Shown: positions 8,602-16,230 of the stretch, piece by piece | Layout of the letters: every line of letters begins with the position of its first letter | Position numbering within the stretch: the first letter of the stretch is position 1 | DNA from: a virus | Taxonomy: Duplodnaviria; Heunggongvirae; Uroviricota; Caudoviricetes | Direction: 5' to 3' (one strand) | Virus record (IMG/VR): IMGVR_UViG_3300022555_000015 | DNA length: 64,000 nt | The notes under the pieces: model-generated | The model's database searches: none | Told to the model about the DNA's origin: nothing | The model's input: the letters and a program-made list of their open reading frames with translations, nothing else | Translations under genes and position numbers: made by a program

Positions 8602-9104
8602 ACCCCGCTACACTTCGGCTCATAGCAGCCCTCACGTTCATGTGGCCCTCTCTACGGGGAAAGGTAGCTACTGAGTTCAACCAGATGGATCAGTACACAG
8701 CATCTAGGAATGTACCTAACTCCCTGGTGCTCGCTGTCTGTATGTTTGAATCCGGTGCTGGGTCTAACCAAAGAGCTCTGTACCTGTGTGGAGTACAGCC
8801 AAGGACACTCAGGGCTCTATGGCATGAGGGAGTGATTGTCCACCACGATAACAGGAACCTGGACCAACTGGATGGGGCAGCTTATGTCCTATGGAATGGA
8901 CATAGGCATTGCCACACCTGGGAAGGGGCAGCTAACTTCTTTCGTTCAGGGAGTTGTGGTTTGACAGGGACGAACTACGGGAGACGGGCAATTACACTTT
9001 CCCGTCAACTGGAACTTCGGGCTTCACAGGGTCAACCGGCTTCACCAAGTCCACTACAGGTTCCACCACGGGCTCGGGTTTCGTCTCGACGGGCTGAATT
9101 GTAG
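8598..9104 (+). CDS. hypothetical protein, possible lytic transglycosylase-like (LAVCMFESGAGSN); 3' extent uncertain
   Basis: ATGA overlap with dcd stop; C-terminal 110 nt overlaps convergent gene 8992..9429 on opposite strand, so true stop may lie earlier or there is a frameshift. Confidence 0.35.
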   Translation: MNPATLRLIAALTFMWPSLRGKVATEFNQMDQYTASRNVPNSLVLAVCMFESGAGSNQRALYLCGVQPRTLRALWHEGVIVHHDNRNLDQLDGAAYVLWNGHRHCHTWEGAANFFRSGSCGLTGTNYGRRAITLSRQLELRASQGQPASPSPLQVPPRARVSSRRAEL

Positions 9105-9429
9105 AACCATCAGCTTTGTCAGGACCGTAACTACCCGTTGCTACTGGCGGGTCAGGGATAGGGAACTTGCCTGTGAGTACCTGAACAATCCCTGCCCAAG
9201 CTTCTTCCCACACCCAAGCGAATGATTCCACGATCATCAGAAGCCCCTGGAGACGAGGGTACTTCTTCCCGATGGTTGTCCCAATGAGAACCTTCCATTC
9301 CTGAGCGGTGTGTTTCCTGACAATACTCAGGAGAATACCGGCAAGAATAGGCCACACTATCCCCTTGAGGGTGACAAACAGTGTGGGGTGAGCATGGAGG
9401 TAATTCAACACTGTAGACATGGACACCAA
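8992..9429 (-). CDS. membrane protein with Pro/Val-rich C-terminal linker (holin/spanin-like topology)
   Basis: two predicted TM segments (LFVTLKGIVWPILAGILLSIV) then PEPVVEPVVDLVKPVDPVKPEVP repeats. Confidence 0.45.
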   Translation of the reverse strand: MVSMSTVLNYLHAHPTLFVTLKGIVWPILAGILLSIVRKHTAQEWKVLIGTTIGKKYPRLQGLLMIVESFAWVWEEAWAGIVQVLTGKFPIPDPPVATGSYGPDKADGSTIQPVETKPEPVVEPVVDLVKPVDPVKPEVPVDGKV

Positions 9430-9433
9430 CCTT

Positions 9434-9751
9434 TCAACCTAGTACGTCAATGCACCGTCCACCGGGACGCATAGGTTCTTTGGTGCCACTTACAATCACT
9501 TTCCAGGTGAAGGGGTGAGTAGACCTGGAATTCACATCATAGAGTAACTTGTCTGCTTCAGCTTTAGAAGCAAGGTCACTCACACAGATGTCATAGAAGG
9601 GGACTTCATCATCGTGAGCTACGATGAGAATGATGTCACAACGGTAGTCCAGAGGGAGTAGGACGGACCTGACGAGAATGTCTAGGGGATTCACCCATGA
9701 CAATACCCTAGTTCTGATCTGGGTCTTGGTTCTTCTTGAGGCTGGCAGCAT
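9434..9751 (-). CDS. hypothetical protein
   Basis: ORF 9434..9883 trimmed to internal Met (MLPASRR..) to limit overlap with 9708..10460. Confidence 0.4.
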   Translation of the reverse strand: MLPASRRTKTQIRTRVLSWVNPLDILVRSVLLPLDYRCDIILIVAHDDEVPFYDICVSDLASKAEADKLLYDVNSRSTHPFTWKVIVSGTKEPMRPGGRCIDVLG

Positions 9752-10460
9752 AGCAGCCGTAGTGACTGCAACCCACCAATGCACACAGAGCTCCATGGGC
9801 ATTGGGAAGCATCTTAGGCTTCTCCATGTAGATGCGTGCCAGGAGACAGGCCATGCCGAAGGTATTCCCGGAGTGGCCTTCATCGAGGTCTGGGACCATC
9901 AACCGCTGGTCCTCATACTTCATGTCATAGAACCTCTTCAGGTCTGCCGGGTTCTTGACCCTTGCCACGATCTTGAGTGCTTCCAGGCAAGAGAAAAGCT
10001 CATACCCCCCAAACTCGGGTCCCCAGCCGGGCTTCAGAAGGAACCTGTCAATCCGGGCTTTGAACGGTTCCGGGAGGGCATCCACCTTGGCTCGGAATTC
10101 AGTGAAGCCCTCCTGGAACTTGGATTCCCGATTTGCTCTCTCCTTCTCCTGGTATGCCTTGAATGCAGCTTCTTCTTCGGCTGCTGTCTGGTAGCGGTAG
10201 ACCAGAACATTGAAGCCATCCACGAGAGCAATACCCCGGACGGTGTAGCCGAAGCCCTTGCCGTAGAACCTGACAATGTCATTGACCTTGGGGAAGTGTC
10301 CCACACCTTCCTGATCTTCTACGAAGAGACTACCAGCCTCAGTCGTGACACAACAGGACGGGTAGGGGTGCTCTCCATCCGGTGCCCTCACTTCGGACAC
10401 GTCTCGGACAGGGTACGTTTCGAACTGGTTATCCATTTGAAACATTGTGTTGTTATACAT
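9708..10460 (-). CDS. hypothetical protein (250 aa)
   Basis: long minus ORF. Confidence 0.55.
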   Translation of the reverse strand: MYNNTMFQMDNQFETYPVRDVSEVRAPDGEHPYPSCCVTTEAGSLFVEDQEGVGHFPKVNDIVRFYGKGFGYTVRGIALVDGFNVLVYRYQTAAEEEAAFKAYQEKERANRESKFQEGFTEFRAKVDALPEPFKARIDRFLLKPGWGPEFGGYELFSCLEALKIVARVKNPADLKRFYDMKYEDQRLMVPDLDEGHSGNTFGMACLLARIYMEKPKMLPNAHGALCALVGCSHYGCYAASLKKNQDPDQN

Positions 10461-10504
10461 GAGATGTACCTTTTGATGGCTGTTACCCGGACTATGGCCG
10501 GTTG

Positions 10505-10577
10505 CGTTCCCATGGGGAATCGGACCCCAAACTTACGGATTTGAAATCCGCTGCTCTGCCAATTGAGCTATGGGAAC
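10505..10577 (-). tRNA. tRNA-Trp-like with anticodon UCA (reads UGA; opal suppressor or code-4-type tRNA-Trp)
   Basis: GTTCCCA-TA-GCTC-AATTGGCA-GAGC-A-GCGGA-TTTCAAA-TCCGT-AAGTT-TGGGG-TCCGATT-CCCCA-TGGGAAC-G; D arm near-identical to bacterial tRNA-Trp (TAGCTCAATTGGCAGAGCA); loop UUUCAAA gives U33 and anticodon UCA. Confidence 0.65.
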
Positions 10578-10611
10578 AATCCTCACCCTAGTTACGGTAT
10601 TGAGGGTGGTT

Positions 10612-11088
10612 TTAACTCGCTTTCTTGGTTACCCGTTGATTTTTTGGGGCACGGTGCATGTGTTGGGTTTTGGCATGAGCACTGACGGTTCCCTTGACGG
10701 ACCCTGCCGCTGGAGAAAGGAAAGCCAAGATCACTCCGTCCACCACTCGACGGACAACCGCATTCCTCTTGTCCAGGGAACCCAGATACCTCATGGATTG
10801 GAGACACTTGATGAGGTCTCGGAACGGGACTGGGGACTTTCCAGGGATCTGAAGCTGGTAAGGGGGTGAGCCATCCCTAGGGTGGGGTGGCGGGGGAATG
10901 AATACAGGCTTCGTCGGGTTAGGACTCACCTTGGAGCGGTCATTCCCGAACTTGGGACCCCGCACCTGGGGCTGATTCTGGGGCTTTGGATGAACCTTAG
11001 CCTTGGGCTGAACCTTGGTCTTAGCCTTTGGCCGAACTTTAACCTTGGGCTGAACCTTGGATTTACGGGCCGGAAGCTTCTTGGTCAT
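10612..11088 (-). CDS. lysine-rich histone H1-like basic protein (KVQPKVKVRPKAKTKVQPKAKVHPKP repeats)
   Basis: ORF trimmed to ATG 11086-11088 (MTKKLPARKSK..) downstream of variant motif 11104-11116; tandem nucleotide repeats cttgggctgaacctt at 10960-11060. Confidence 0.55.
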   Translation of the reverse strand: MTKKLPARKSKVQPKVKVRPKAKTKVQPKAKVHPKPQNQPQVRGPKFGNDRSKVSPNPTKPVFIPPPPHPRDGSPPYQLQIPGKSPVPFRDLIKCLQSMRYLGSLDKRNAVVRRVVDGVILAFLSPAAGSVKGTVSAHAKTQHMHRAPKNQRVTKKAS

Positions 11089-11103
11089 GTGAGGGATATT
11101 ACC

Positions 11104-11116
11104 CCTAACCTGAATT
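11104..11116 (-). promoter_or_regulatory. variant upstream motif (gene orientation AATTCAGGTTAGG)
   Basis: CCTAACCTGAATT on plus strand 16 nt upstream of ATG 11088. Confidence 0.3.
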
Positions 11117-11132
11117 ATTGTCCAAGTTTGAA

Positions 11133-11453
11133 TCACTGGACAAGGTGAAGCTTCTGGACCAGATTCTTTGCGGAAGGGCAGGGTGCCAGGACAAGGGCCG
11201 TAGCATGGGCTTCCATGTCAGGCTCTCGGAAGATCGAACAGGGGATGTCCCGACCTTCGGCCCTCTCCCGAAGGAAAAGAAGGTGCTCTTCGTCCCGGAC
11301 GTGGAGGATTGCCAGGGTGTTGGACTCCTTCCTCCACTTGGAGAACTCCGCAGGGTGCCAGTACTCAAACTCATGCACTGCATGGATGGATTGAGAAATC
11401 TGTGCTCCCGGAGTGAGGTCTGCCCTGACCAGGACGAAGAGCTTCTCAGCCAT
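11133..11453 (-). CDS. peptidyl-tRNA hydrolase PTH2-like protein
   Basis: FVLVRADLTPGAQISQSIHAV matches the PTH2 N-terminal VxRxDLxMxxGKxxAQxxHA motif. Confidence 0.55.
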   Translation of the reverse strand: MAEKLFVLVRADLTPGAQISQSIHAVHEFEYWHPAEFSKWRKESNTLAILHVRDEEHLLFLRERAEGRDIPCSIFREPDMEAHATALVLAPCPSAKNLVQKLHLVQ

Positions 11454-11917
11454 TAGGCCACCTGTGCAGCCCGTTCCGCCTGAATCCGTGCCACGTACTC
11501 GACTCTGCGAGCGGCACGGAGCTCCTTGGCCTTGGCCTCTGCCGTCTCCCGCTTGACCCTGTGGGTCTCGGGCTCGGGTTCTGCCATCCAGGCATTGATG
11601 GTCTCTGCCGTGGCAGGCTTCCCGTGGATCGTGGAAAGGCCAGCGATGGCCTTCACGAACTCGGTGTAGGAGTGCCCGTAGTACTTGAAGAGATCGTGGG
11701 ACTTGGGCTCCATCACACGGTAGGGGATGCCCCGGATGAAGCCCAGGGTGAGCAGGGCCGCACGGTCCCTTCCAGAGAAGTACCTGGGCACACCCTGGAG
11801 GCTAAACAGGTAGCTTCCAAAGGTGGGACCCCCTGCCTTGAGAGCAGCCTTAAGGGGCTTGATGGTTTCGTTGAGGGTGGACTGGTTGCTGGACTGAGCG
11901 GTTTGTTCGATGGTCAT
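11453..11917 (-). CDS. hypothetical protein (154 aa)
   Basis: ORF track; motif 11972-11987 upstream. Confidence 0.5.
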   Translation of the reverse strand: MTIEQTAQSSNQSTLNETIKPLKAALKAGGPTFGSYLFSLQGVPRYFSGRDRAALLTLGFIRGIPYRVMEPKSHDLFKYYGHSYTEFVKAIAGLSTIHGKPATAETINAWMAEPEPETHRVKRETAEAKAKELRAARRVEYVARIQAERAAQVA

Positions 11918-11971
11918 GGTCTGTAACTCCTAAACTGTGCCTTTCCGTTGTCTTACCCCGACAGTCGCACT

Positions 11972-11987
11972 TCTTAACCTGAAAACT
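11972..11987 (-). promoter_or_regulatory. conserved upstream motif, candidate promoter
   Basis: TTCTTAACCTGAAAAC on plus strand. Confidence 0.4.
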
Positions 11988-12080
11988 TCAGGTGCCTGTG
12001 CTTTTTAGTCGGGGGGTGTTTGGGTGGAAAGGTCGCTCAGGAGGGGCCCGAATTCACCAAAAGTGCATCATAGGTCCATG

Positions 12081-13040
12081 TTACCCACGAGTTGGAGCTC
12101 TGTCAAGGGGTTTTCGATGGAGTCCGTTCCAAAGGGTGAGGGGGAGGGTAGCACCCCAGAAAATCCCGAAATACAGTAAAGTACCCTTCCAGGTATGAGG
12201 GAGGCCGAGGATAAGGGTACGGATATGGCTTCCGATGGGAATAACAATGAAGAATGCCAGGAACTTGTAAGCCCAGGGGTCCAGGTACCAGGACCCCTTA
12301 GATGTCTCTGGCCCAACTGGAACCGTCATCCAGTACCCATCCCGTAGGAGACAGAGGATGCCCGTGCCGAAGAAGGCGATGAAGAGTGTCATGGCATGAA
12401 TCATCGAGGCACCCACTTGGTAAGCCCAGACAACCCCTACGATCCCTAGAAGGTGTGCAAACACCAGGAGAGGTATCATTCTCTTGGCTCTAGGTGCCAA
12501 TTTCCAGACCTTCTTGGTAGCGGTCACCTGGAAGCTGGAGTCTCGGTAGCCACTACCTGGGGTTACCTGGATATCTAGGTTGGGTGTCTCCTCTGTTGGT
12601 GCCTCTACGGGTCTTCGGAAAGCCAGTAGGAACATCAGGAAAGCCCAGACCACATACACTAATAACATCCATTGGATGTGGTGGTGGTGGCCCCCGAAGA
12701 CCCATTCCCCTAGTATCATCAGGAGTGCCACGGTAGGATTGAACATTGCAGACAGGTAGGCACCCTGTTCCTTGGTGCCGTAAACCCAGCCCCAATCGGG
12801 TTTATTGTATTCATAGGGGTCAGGAATGTGCATCATAGGGTCAACCATTTTGTTTGTAGTTTGGGTGGCTTCGTGATAGCAGTCCCCGCAGAAGAAGTAA
12901 CCATCCAGGGTTACTCCAAGTGTAGTCCTGTCCCTGCCACACCTAGCACAGTTGAAGTCCCTAGAGGCAGGGATGCCCCCATGTAGATGCCTCTGCCGGT
13001 CTACAAGGCTCTTGATGAAAGCTAGGGAGTTCAGTTCCAT
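12081..13040 (-). CDS. polytopic membrane protein with N-terminal CxxC..CxxC zinc ribbon
   Basis: trimmed to MELNSLAF.. at 13040; NCARCGRD..CGDCYHE then at least 6 hydrophobic segments. Confidence 0.55.
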   Translation of the reverse strand: MELNSLAFIKSLVDRQRHLHGGIPASRDFNCARCGRDRTTLGVTLDGYFFCGDCYHEATQTTNKMVDPMMHIPDPYEYNKPDWGWVYGTKEQGAYLSAMFNPTVALLMILGEWVFGGHHHHIQWMLLVYVVWAFLMFLLAFRRPVEAPTEETPNLDIQVTPGSGYRDSSFQVTATKKVWKLAPRAKRMIPLLVFAHLLGIVGVVWAYQVGASMIHAMTLFIAFFGTGILCLLRDGYWMTVPVGPETSKGSWYLDPWAYKFLAFFIVIPIGSHIRTLILGLPHTWKGTLLYFGIFWGATLPLTLWNGLHRKPLDRAPTRG

Positions 13041-13044
13041 GGGC

Positions 13045-13518
13045 TTACTTGGGGATGATTCCTGCCAGCCTGAACTTTTCCTTGAGTTTCTCTTCCCCAA
13101 CCATGTTCAGAGTGCCATTCTCGGCCAGAGCTTCACCTGATGCCACAGCTTCCTCAAAGGCTGTAATAGTGACTGCTTGGTTCTTGGACTCGATGAACTT
13201 CTTCATCCATTCCATGATGTATTCCCGTGTCACTGAAGGATCACAACAGTTCATGAGGGAGTAGCCCCCTCCTCCCTTGGACACTACAAAAAAGTCCACC
13301 AGGGCTTGCATGGCCGAACGGTGGTAGTGCATCCACTCGGGGGTGATGGAGGCAATGACTTCGTTGTAGCCCGTACAGGTTTGGATCACATCCCCAGGCT
13401 TCAGGGTCAAACCCCAAAGGATGCCCTTGTCACTGTTGTCTCTCTTCTGTCGCCGAATGAACGACTTGGCATATCTGATCTTTCGGCTATTGATGGTTTT
13501 CATGGTGGTTTCCTTCAT
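13045..13518 (-). CDS. hypothetical protein A1 (157 aa), paralog of 14756..15226
   Basis: LWGLTLKPGDVIQTCTGYNEVIASITPEW vs LWGLTLKPGEVVYSYLGYNEKIEDLIPCW; ASGEALAENGTLN vs LTGEALNEDGTLN. Confidence 0.5.
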   Translation of the reverse strand: MKETTMKTINSRKIRYAKSFIRRQKRDNSDKGILWGLTLKPGDVIQTCTGYNEVIASITPEWMHYHRSAMQALVDFFVVSKGGGGYSLMNCCDPSVTREYIMEWMKKFIESKNQAVTITAFEEAVASGEALAENGTLNMVGEEKLKEKFRLAGIIPK

Positions 13519-13557
13519 GGGTACTTAGCCTATTCCTAGATAGAACAGGAGCAAAAT

Positions 13558-13914
13558 ATGCCTACCCTACGATCCAAGATCATCAAGCTTGCCCATACAC
13601 ACCCTGAGCTTCGGAAGGAACTTCTTCCGATCTTGACTGAGAAGACCGCAGCCTACAACCCTACTGAACTTCTTAGGGTAGCAAAAGCAGTTGCGGCCTT
13701 GAACCTTCATACGGCAGCAAGCTCTGAAGACGTAGAGGCACTTTCCCGTATGTTTGAAGTGATGGGTTCCCTCATGTACATCCTGAACCAGGGCAAGTTG
13801 AAAGGGAAGCTCACTCAGTTGATCTTGAGAAACAGGGTCATCAGTGACAACCTTTATGAAATTTGGGGTGAGATGTTCATGCCCGGTGAAGTGACTGACG
13901 GATCTGCTATCTGA
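13558..13914 (+). CDS. leader-family protein B1 (MPTLRSKIIKLAHTHPELRKELLPIL...)
   Basis: AGGAG RBS; paralog of 13931..14320 over full length (KLKGKLTQLILRNRVIS vs KLKGMLTQEIVRNQSIQ). Confidence 0.55.
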   Translation: MPTLRSKIIKLAHTHPELRKELLPILTEKTAAYNPTELLRVAKAVAALNLHTAASSEDVEALSRMFEVMGSLMYILNQGKLKGKLTQLILRNRVISDNLYEIWGEMFMPGEVTDGSAI

Positions 13915-13930
13915 ACTTTAGGAGACTCCC

Positions 13931-14320
13931 ATGCCCAACCTTCGTGCCGCAATCATCAAGCTTGCACATGCTCACCCTGAGTTTCGTAGTGCTCTTCTCC
14001 CGGTATTGACCAAGAAGAAGGCTGGGACATACAATGCTATGGTTCTTGTACAAGCTGTAAAGGGCTTGGTTGAGAATCTTCATGGGACTCGTGAGACTCT
14101 CCCTTACAATGAGATTGCAGTAAGACTTGTGGTTATCTATGAGCAACTGGGGTTCATTCTCAGGTTCCTGGGTAGGAACAAATTGAAGGGTATGTTGACA
14201 CAGGAGATTGTCAGGAATCAGTCTATTCAGTCTGCCCTTGGTGATCTTCTATCCCTCGACTTGGATACTATGGATAATGTCCATACCCTGATGGACTCCA
14301 GCGAACATCCCATTGTATAG
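13931..14320 (+). CDS. leader-family protein B2 (MPNLRAAIIKLAHAHPEFRSALLPVL...)
   Basis: AGGAG RBS; tandem paralog of B1. Confidence 0.55.
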   Translation: MPNLRAAIIKLAHAHPEFRSALLPVLTKKKAGTYNAMVLVQAVKGLVENLHGTRETLPYNEIAVRLVVIYEQLGFILRFLGRNKLKGMLTQEIVRNQSIQSALGDLLSLDLDTMDNVHTLMDSSEHPIV

Positions 14321-14321
14321 T

Positions 14322-14627
14322 TCAATCAAACGGTAGAATCTCTACCACCTTCCCGTAGACATTCTTGGTCCAACCGTTGTTGTGACCATGGTTATTACCA
14401 ATCAGGACTCCCTTGTCCGGGTTGGTGGCATGGACTAGGTGTGTGTAGTAGTTCCCGTGTACCTTGCTGTACACAATGTCCCCTACTACTACCTTATCCC
14501 AAGTCGTCGGAGCCAGTCTCACTGGTTGCCGAGACTTGAGGATGGGAGTCATCGAGTTCCCGGGTTCACGGGAGATGATGGTCTCCCCACGAAGTAGTGC
14601 CTGAACTTTGTAGTTGGGTACGCCCAT
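14322..14627 (-). CDS. S24/S26-type serine peptidase-like domain protein (UmuD'/LexA C-terminal domain-like)
   Basis: GNSMTPIL (GxSMxP Ser nucleophile context) and VVVGDIVYSKVHG (Lys general base context); 101 aa, no HTH. Confidence 0.4.
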   Translation of the reverse strand: MGVPNYKVQALLRGETIISREPGNSMTPILKSRQPVRLAPTTWDKVVVGDIVYSKVHGNYYTHLVHATNPDKGVLIGNNHGHNNGWTKNVYGKVVEILPFD

Positions 14628-14755
14628 GGTAATTCTTGGGGTTAGCGTGAGGGATCAGGTAGGGTGACCCCAGGAAGATGCAGATGTCAACAAGGATCAG
14701 GGAGACAAGGAGCCCTAGCATCACCTTGCCGAAGCGATCCCTTGGTCGGAAATCT

Positions 14756-15226
14756 TCACAGTGCAACATGCCGTCTCAGTTCCCGTCCCAAGGAGTTCAG
14801 GGTGCCATCCTCATTCAGAGCTTCTCCCGTGAGGATCGCTCTTGTGAGGGGCCTCATGCAGTCCAGGCCGATATGAGAGACAGCATCCTTCATAGTCTCG
14901 ATGATTTCAGCCTTGGTCTTGGGCTTGTCATAGCCTAGAGCAAAATGCCCCAACTGACCTTCGATCACAATGTCAATGTCCATCAGGATTCTACCCGTGC
15001 GGCGGATAGGCTCCCAACAGGGGATGAGGTCTTCGATCTTCTCATTGTAGCCGAGGTATGAATAGACAACCTCCCCAGGCTTCAGGGTCAACCCCCACAA
15101 GAGCCTTTGGAAGATGTAGGACTTCTTCATGTCCCGAAGCCAGGGCTTGGCATACCGAGACTTCCTGGTTTGAATGACCTTGTGCCACGGGACGGGGAAA
15201 TTCATGTGAGGGCCCTCAGCAACCAA
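14756..15226 (-). CDS. hypothetical protein A2, paralog of 13045..13518
   Basis: see A1. Confidence 0.5.
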   Translation of the reverse strand: MVAEGPHMNFPVPWHKVIQTRKSRYAKPWLRDMKKSYIFQRLLWGLTLKPGEVVYSYLGYNEKIEDLIPCWEPIRRTGRILMDIDIVIEGQLGHFALGYDKPKTKAEIIETMKDAVSHIGLDCMRPLTRAILTGEALNEDGTLNSLGRELRRHVAL

Positions 15227-15914
15227 CCTTTGTCATCTTCATTCTCAGGTCCGTCCTTGGAGGAACAACCACCCCGTAGGAACACAACCTCTTCGTGAGT
15301 CTTACCCCGTACACCATGTCCGTCCATGAGATGTTCGAAGGGTAGCCATTGGGCTCCTACTCCCTCACAGACAATCAGTTGGCCTTGCCGAGCAAGGCTC
15401 CATTGTGCCAAGGCAGGGTAGTCAATCTGGGAGCTTCCAAAGTGGTAGCCTGTACCGGGTTCACCCTGGTAGGGGGATCAATGAACCAAGTGGCGGGGAT
15501 GTCCGGTGCCTGTGTGTAGTCTCCCTCGATGATCTTCCAGTGCTTGACTTTGTGGACGTTCTTAGCCATCTGCCGTTTGCCGTACCACCATCCCTTAGCC
15601 ATCAGGGGTGTTACGGTGGCTTTATGGTAAGTGAATCCCATCTTGCTAGCCATGTAAAGGATATGCAAGAAGTTATCTGTCTGTTCTCCTACTACTAGAT
15701 CAGGCATGGCTAGGATCGACTCTCGGGTAGCCTCTTCGATCAGCCACTTCCAGAGAGCAATGATCCTGGGGTCTTTCTCGATCAGTAGAACAGCCCGCTT
15801 CCAATACCGCATGGCATAGGAGGCACTACCAGCAAACGGTTCTATGATTGTTGGATGTGCTGGTGGAGGGTACCACTCCACGAACTTCTTCTTTCGACCA
15901 TAATAGTAGAACAA
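15202..15914 (-). pseudogene. Dam-like N6-adenine DNA methyltransferase, interrupted by 1-nt frameshift in C5 tract inside DPPY motif
   Basis: N-terminal ORF (15375..15914) has YYYGRKKK and EPFAGSAS (motif I) and ends FIDPPT*; adding one C to CCCCC at 15473-15477 reads DPPYQGEPGTGYHFGSSQIDYPALAQWSLARQGQLIVCEG.. joining ORF 15202..15411. Confidence 0.6.
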
Positions 15915-15915
15915 G

Positions 15916-16230
15916 CTACAGACCTTGCAGGCTGGGAGTCTGCCGCTCGGGTGCTACATAGTGGTGAAGTCCAGCATCGAGTCCGGTGCATCTACAGCAT
16001 TCCAACCTGCATTCGAACTGTCCCTGAGCCACTCCCATCCTGAAGGTGAGCCTGAACAAGAAGGAACACAACAGGAAGATGAACAAGAGCCAAAGGATCT
16101 TGGCAAAGACCTTCAGGTACTTGTGCCTATCCCAGAATGAAGGCGGGGTTTCTTGGACACTCAATCCCAGTCCCCGGAGTGAAGGGTCTAGTCCAAGGAG
16201 TGTTTCTTCTTGGTCTTTGGGCTTAGTCAT
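15916..16230 (-). CDS. small membrane protein (104 aa)
   Basis: hydrophobic core ILWLLFIFLLCSFLF; fills gap between rSAM and MTase genes. Confidence 0.4.
   Translation of the reverse strand: MTKPKDQEETLLGLDPSLRGLGLSVQETPPSFWDRHKYLKVFAKILWLLFIFLLCSFLFRLTFRMGVAQGQFECRLECCRCTGLDAGLHHYVAPERQTPSLQGL

Noticed and set aside
9678-10544. 288-aa plus-strand ORF
   Set aside because: It is antisense to the minus gene 9708-10460 and runs into the tRNA(UCA) gene. It has no RBS or motif and a low-complexity translation.
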